From assembly GCA_964252035.1 (NCBI GenBank), contig OZ176209.1: a stretch of 64,000 nucleotides of DNA; one strand, given 5' to 3'. The notes under the pieces are model-generated. The model did no database searches. It worked only from the letters and a program-made list of their open reading frames with translations, and was not told where the DNA came from. Below, one piece after another: positions 61,543 to 64,000 of this stretch (its first letter is position 1; each line of letters begins with the position of its first letter). The position numbers and the translations under genes are program-made. Source of the DNA: Podarcis erhardii. Its lineage: Eukaryota.

Positions 61543-61716
61543 GTACTTGGAACTAGAAAGCAGCGGCCATAGAAATGAAATTAGATTGCACTACCGTTCA
61601 GGAAGCCATCGCTCACATACGGAAGTGTTTCCTTACATATTGGCAGATGACAAGTGGCACAGGCTCTCTTTAGCAATCAGTGCATCACACCTCATTTTGC
61701 ATGTAGACTGCAATAA
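61543..61716 (+). CDS. NELL2: NELL2 coding exon 4 (YLELESSGHRNEIRLHYRSGSHRSHTEVFPYILADDKWHRLSLAISASHLILHVDCNK)
   Basis: TGCAG acceptor, AA|GTAAGT donor, 174 nt. Near-identical to the NELL2 LamG segment; phase continues from exon 3. Confidence 0.98.
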
Positions 61717-61840
61717 GTAAGTGAAGAGTTGTGTTTCAATTGCTTGAAAGTGCTGCAGCATTTTAGATCATTACTGGATAGTATGAAAGTAATTTCTTGT
61801 TCTTTTTTACTTTGCTCCTGTTCTCTCATTTAAAAAACAG

Positions 61841-61937
61841 AATTTATGAGAGAGTGGTGGAAAAGCCTTATCTGGATTTACCTGTTGGCACAACCTTTTG
61901 GTTGGGACAAAGGAATAGTGCACATGGTTACTTCAAG
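61841..61937 (+). CDS. NELL2: NELL2 coding exon 5 (IYERVVEKPYLDLPVGTTFWLGQRNSAHGYFK); gene continues past window end
   Basis: CAG acceptor, AAG|GTATGT donor, 97 nt. Matches NELL2 'IYERVVEKP..DLP.GTTFWLGQRN.AHGYFK'. Confidence 0.97.
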
Positions 61938-62453
61938 GTATGTTTTCCTCCATATACATATATATTTAATTTTAAAGTTAGGATCTTCTACATAGATTGT
62001 AGAAGTTATCTCAAATGAATGTGAACTTGGGGCACTCATATCTCTGATTTCAAGACTTGTACTACATTTCATTTGAATTGGCTGATCATTTAGTTACATT
62101 TTGGGGGTGCTATATCAGGCCAAAGAGTGCATTTGTAGCTTTATTGCTCAAGTCAGTACTTGAAAACTATGTTTTTGTTTGTTTGTTTGTTTGTTTACTA
62201 GTGCACTGGTGGTGTTTGTGTTAAATAAGAATTGTTAACATTTTATTTTCCTCTCTGTAAATGTAATATAATGACTTGCAAACATCAATGAGCCTGACCT
62301 GGAACTAATAGTCATTTATTTGCCCAGAAAAAACAGTACTTTTGGCAATAGTGTGTATTCAGTGTTGATTGGTTTCACATCTATGCAGCCGTGTGAATAT
62401 AAGCAATACAAGAACTAAGATAACATATTGAGTCAGGTCAACAAAATCTAATA

Positions 62454-62806
62454 CAGTGGTGCCTCGCAAGACGAAAAGAATCCGTTCCGCGATTCTCTTC
62501 ATCTAGCGGTTTTTTCGTCTTGTGAAGCAAGCCCATTGACAGCTTAGCGGATTAGCGCTATTAGCGGTCTAGCGGCTTTTAGCGATCAGCTGTTAAGCGG
62601 CTTATCAGCGGAACAGCTGATAAGCGGCTTAGCGGCTTAGGAAAGGGGTGGGAGCGAAAAAACCCCGCGGGAACTCGCAAGATTTTTTTGTCTTGCGAAG
62701 CAACCCCATAGAGAAATTCGTTTAGCGAAGCGCCTCCAAAACGGAAAACCCTTTCGTCTAGCGGGTTTTCCGTCTTGCGAGGCGTTCATCTTGCGGGGCA
62801 CCACTG
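62454..62806. mobile_element. Tc1/mariner (Tigger-like) MITE, family D, CpG-rich and probably young
   Basis: TA-CAGTGGTGCC...GGCACCACTG-TA, internal TTAGCGG-type repeats, retained CpGs. Confidence 0.88.
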
Positions 62807-62946
62807 TATGGCATTTTGTATCTGATGAGGTGACCAATACAGAAGGGTCAAGGAATATAGAAGAAAGAAGGACAGAACAGGGGAATTTGGAAACTTCTTT
62901 TTTTAATGCTGTACTTCTGTAATGAAAACACTTTTCTCTAATGCAT

Positions 62947-63316
62947 AAGCTCTAGGCACTCATTACTCAGATGTAAGGCATACTCAAGTACAAAATGTGG
63001 TATGGCTGCTATTTTAGCAACCCCCACTTTTAAACAATTGCGCACAGAGCACAATTGTCTGTATAAAAAGGCCAAAGTTTGTCTCCTTGTACGTATGGAA
63101 TCAGCATGATTGGAACACCTGCACAACCAGGTGTCTTCTATCTGGTAGAAGGTGCTCATGCAGTAGCCTTCCTATGCAAACAACCATGTTCAGTGCATGG
63201 CTTAAAAACAAACAAACCCCCAAACTCCCTGACATCAAGTGGGGCTAAAAATGCTGCCCTTTTCCATTCTGTGTTTGAGCATGCCTTACACCTGAATAAT
63301 GTGTGCATAGGACTGT
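62947..63316. repeat. Old inverted-repeat element (~130-bp diverged arms)
   Basis: GCACTCATTACTCAGATGTAAGGCATACTCAAG...CCCCACTT pairs with AAGTGGGG...TTGAGCATGCCTTACACCTGAATAATGTGTGC. Confidence 0.7.
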
Positions 63317-64000
63317 AGATCATTCTGCATGTTGAACAGAGGAAAGATGCTGATATGGAGTAGCACATGAAGAGATTGTTGCTTACATCTGGGCATATGT
63401 TGAGCCCACAGCTTTCTGTGCAAGAAGCACCATTATTGGCTTTCATATGTTGCTCTGAGAGTAGTACCACAGCCTACATGAATTAATTAATTGGCTGCCC
63501 TTCACCAACAATTATCCCAGGTTGGCATACAATACTTACAGGAGCATGGCATTATAATCACAAAACAATACATTAAAATGAAAAACAATTGGAAATCATT
63601 AAAACACACCAGCAGTCCAAACAGCAGCTATCAATAGCTCAGGACCTGATCAATTCGGTTTATTTCCAAATGCTTGCACAGATAAATATGTACTCAGACT
63701 GGGCAGAAACCAACCGTTCATGAGGCAAGCTGAGGGCATTTCAGTGGAATGCCAATGCTGAGAGTGCTCTGATAGGACTCACCATCACATTCAAATTTTG
63801 GGTTCCTCAGAATTCTTCTTCAGACTAGATGTTAAGTGAAGGAGGAAAAGGGTAAACAGGATGGGGAAAGCTCCAGACCTGTAGACATCCAGAAATTGTT
63901 CTTGTTTTTCCTTAAAGGGTTACTTAGGTTGCAAACCTTAGGACACCGTACTATACAGAAGATTAATTGGACTTACTTCAAAGTACGCTTACTTTGGCTT

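Overview
Eukaryotic genomic DNA from a squamate reptile, most likely a lacertid lizard (inferred from Sauria SINEs, BovB and the rest of the repeat content). The only host protein-coding gene I can support is the 5' part of NELL2 on the + strand: coding exons 1-5 at 33462-33522, 33909-34037, 53647-53797, 61543-61716 and 61841-61937, all with GT-AG junctions and continuous phase, encoding the signal peptide and the TSPN/laminin-G domain. The gene continues beyond the window. It starts in a CpG island (~32.2-34.0 kb), and a second CpG island lies at ~30.5-31.2 kb. The rest is intergenic or intronic and dense in transposable elements: SINEs, L2/CR1/BovB fragments, a near-full-length Rex1/Babar LINE, a Ty1/copia gag-pol fragment, solo LTRs, Tc1/mariner and hAT MITEs, and several nested insertions. 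There is a 152-N assembly gap. The most striking observations are (i) a perfect 208-bp-arm inverted repeat with no TSD in NELL2 intron 3, (ii) one CR1-type SINE tail fused to three different tRNA heads (Lys, Ile, Asn), (iii) a 5S rRNA copy joined to an RTE-like 5'UTR element, and (iv) a NELL2 5' region with two strong-context uORFs, an internal splice acceptor and a candidate upstream exon. No CRISPR, prokaryotic system or other novel multi-gene system is supported. All alignments were done by eye and family names come from recalled consensus sequences, not database searches.
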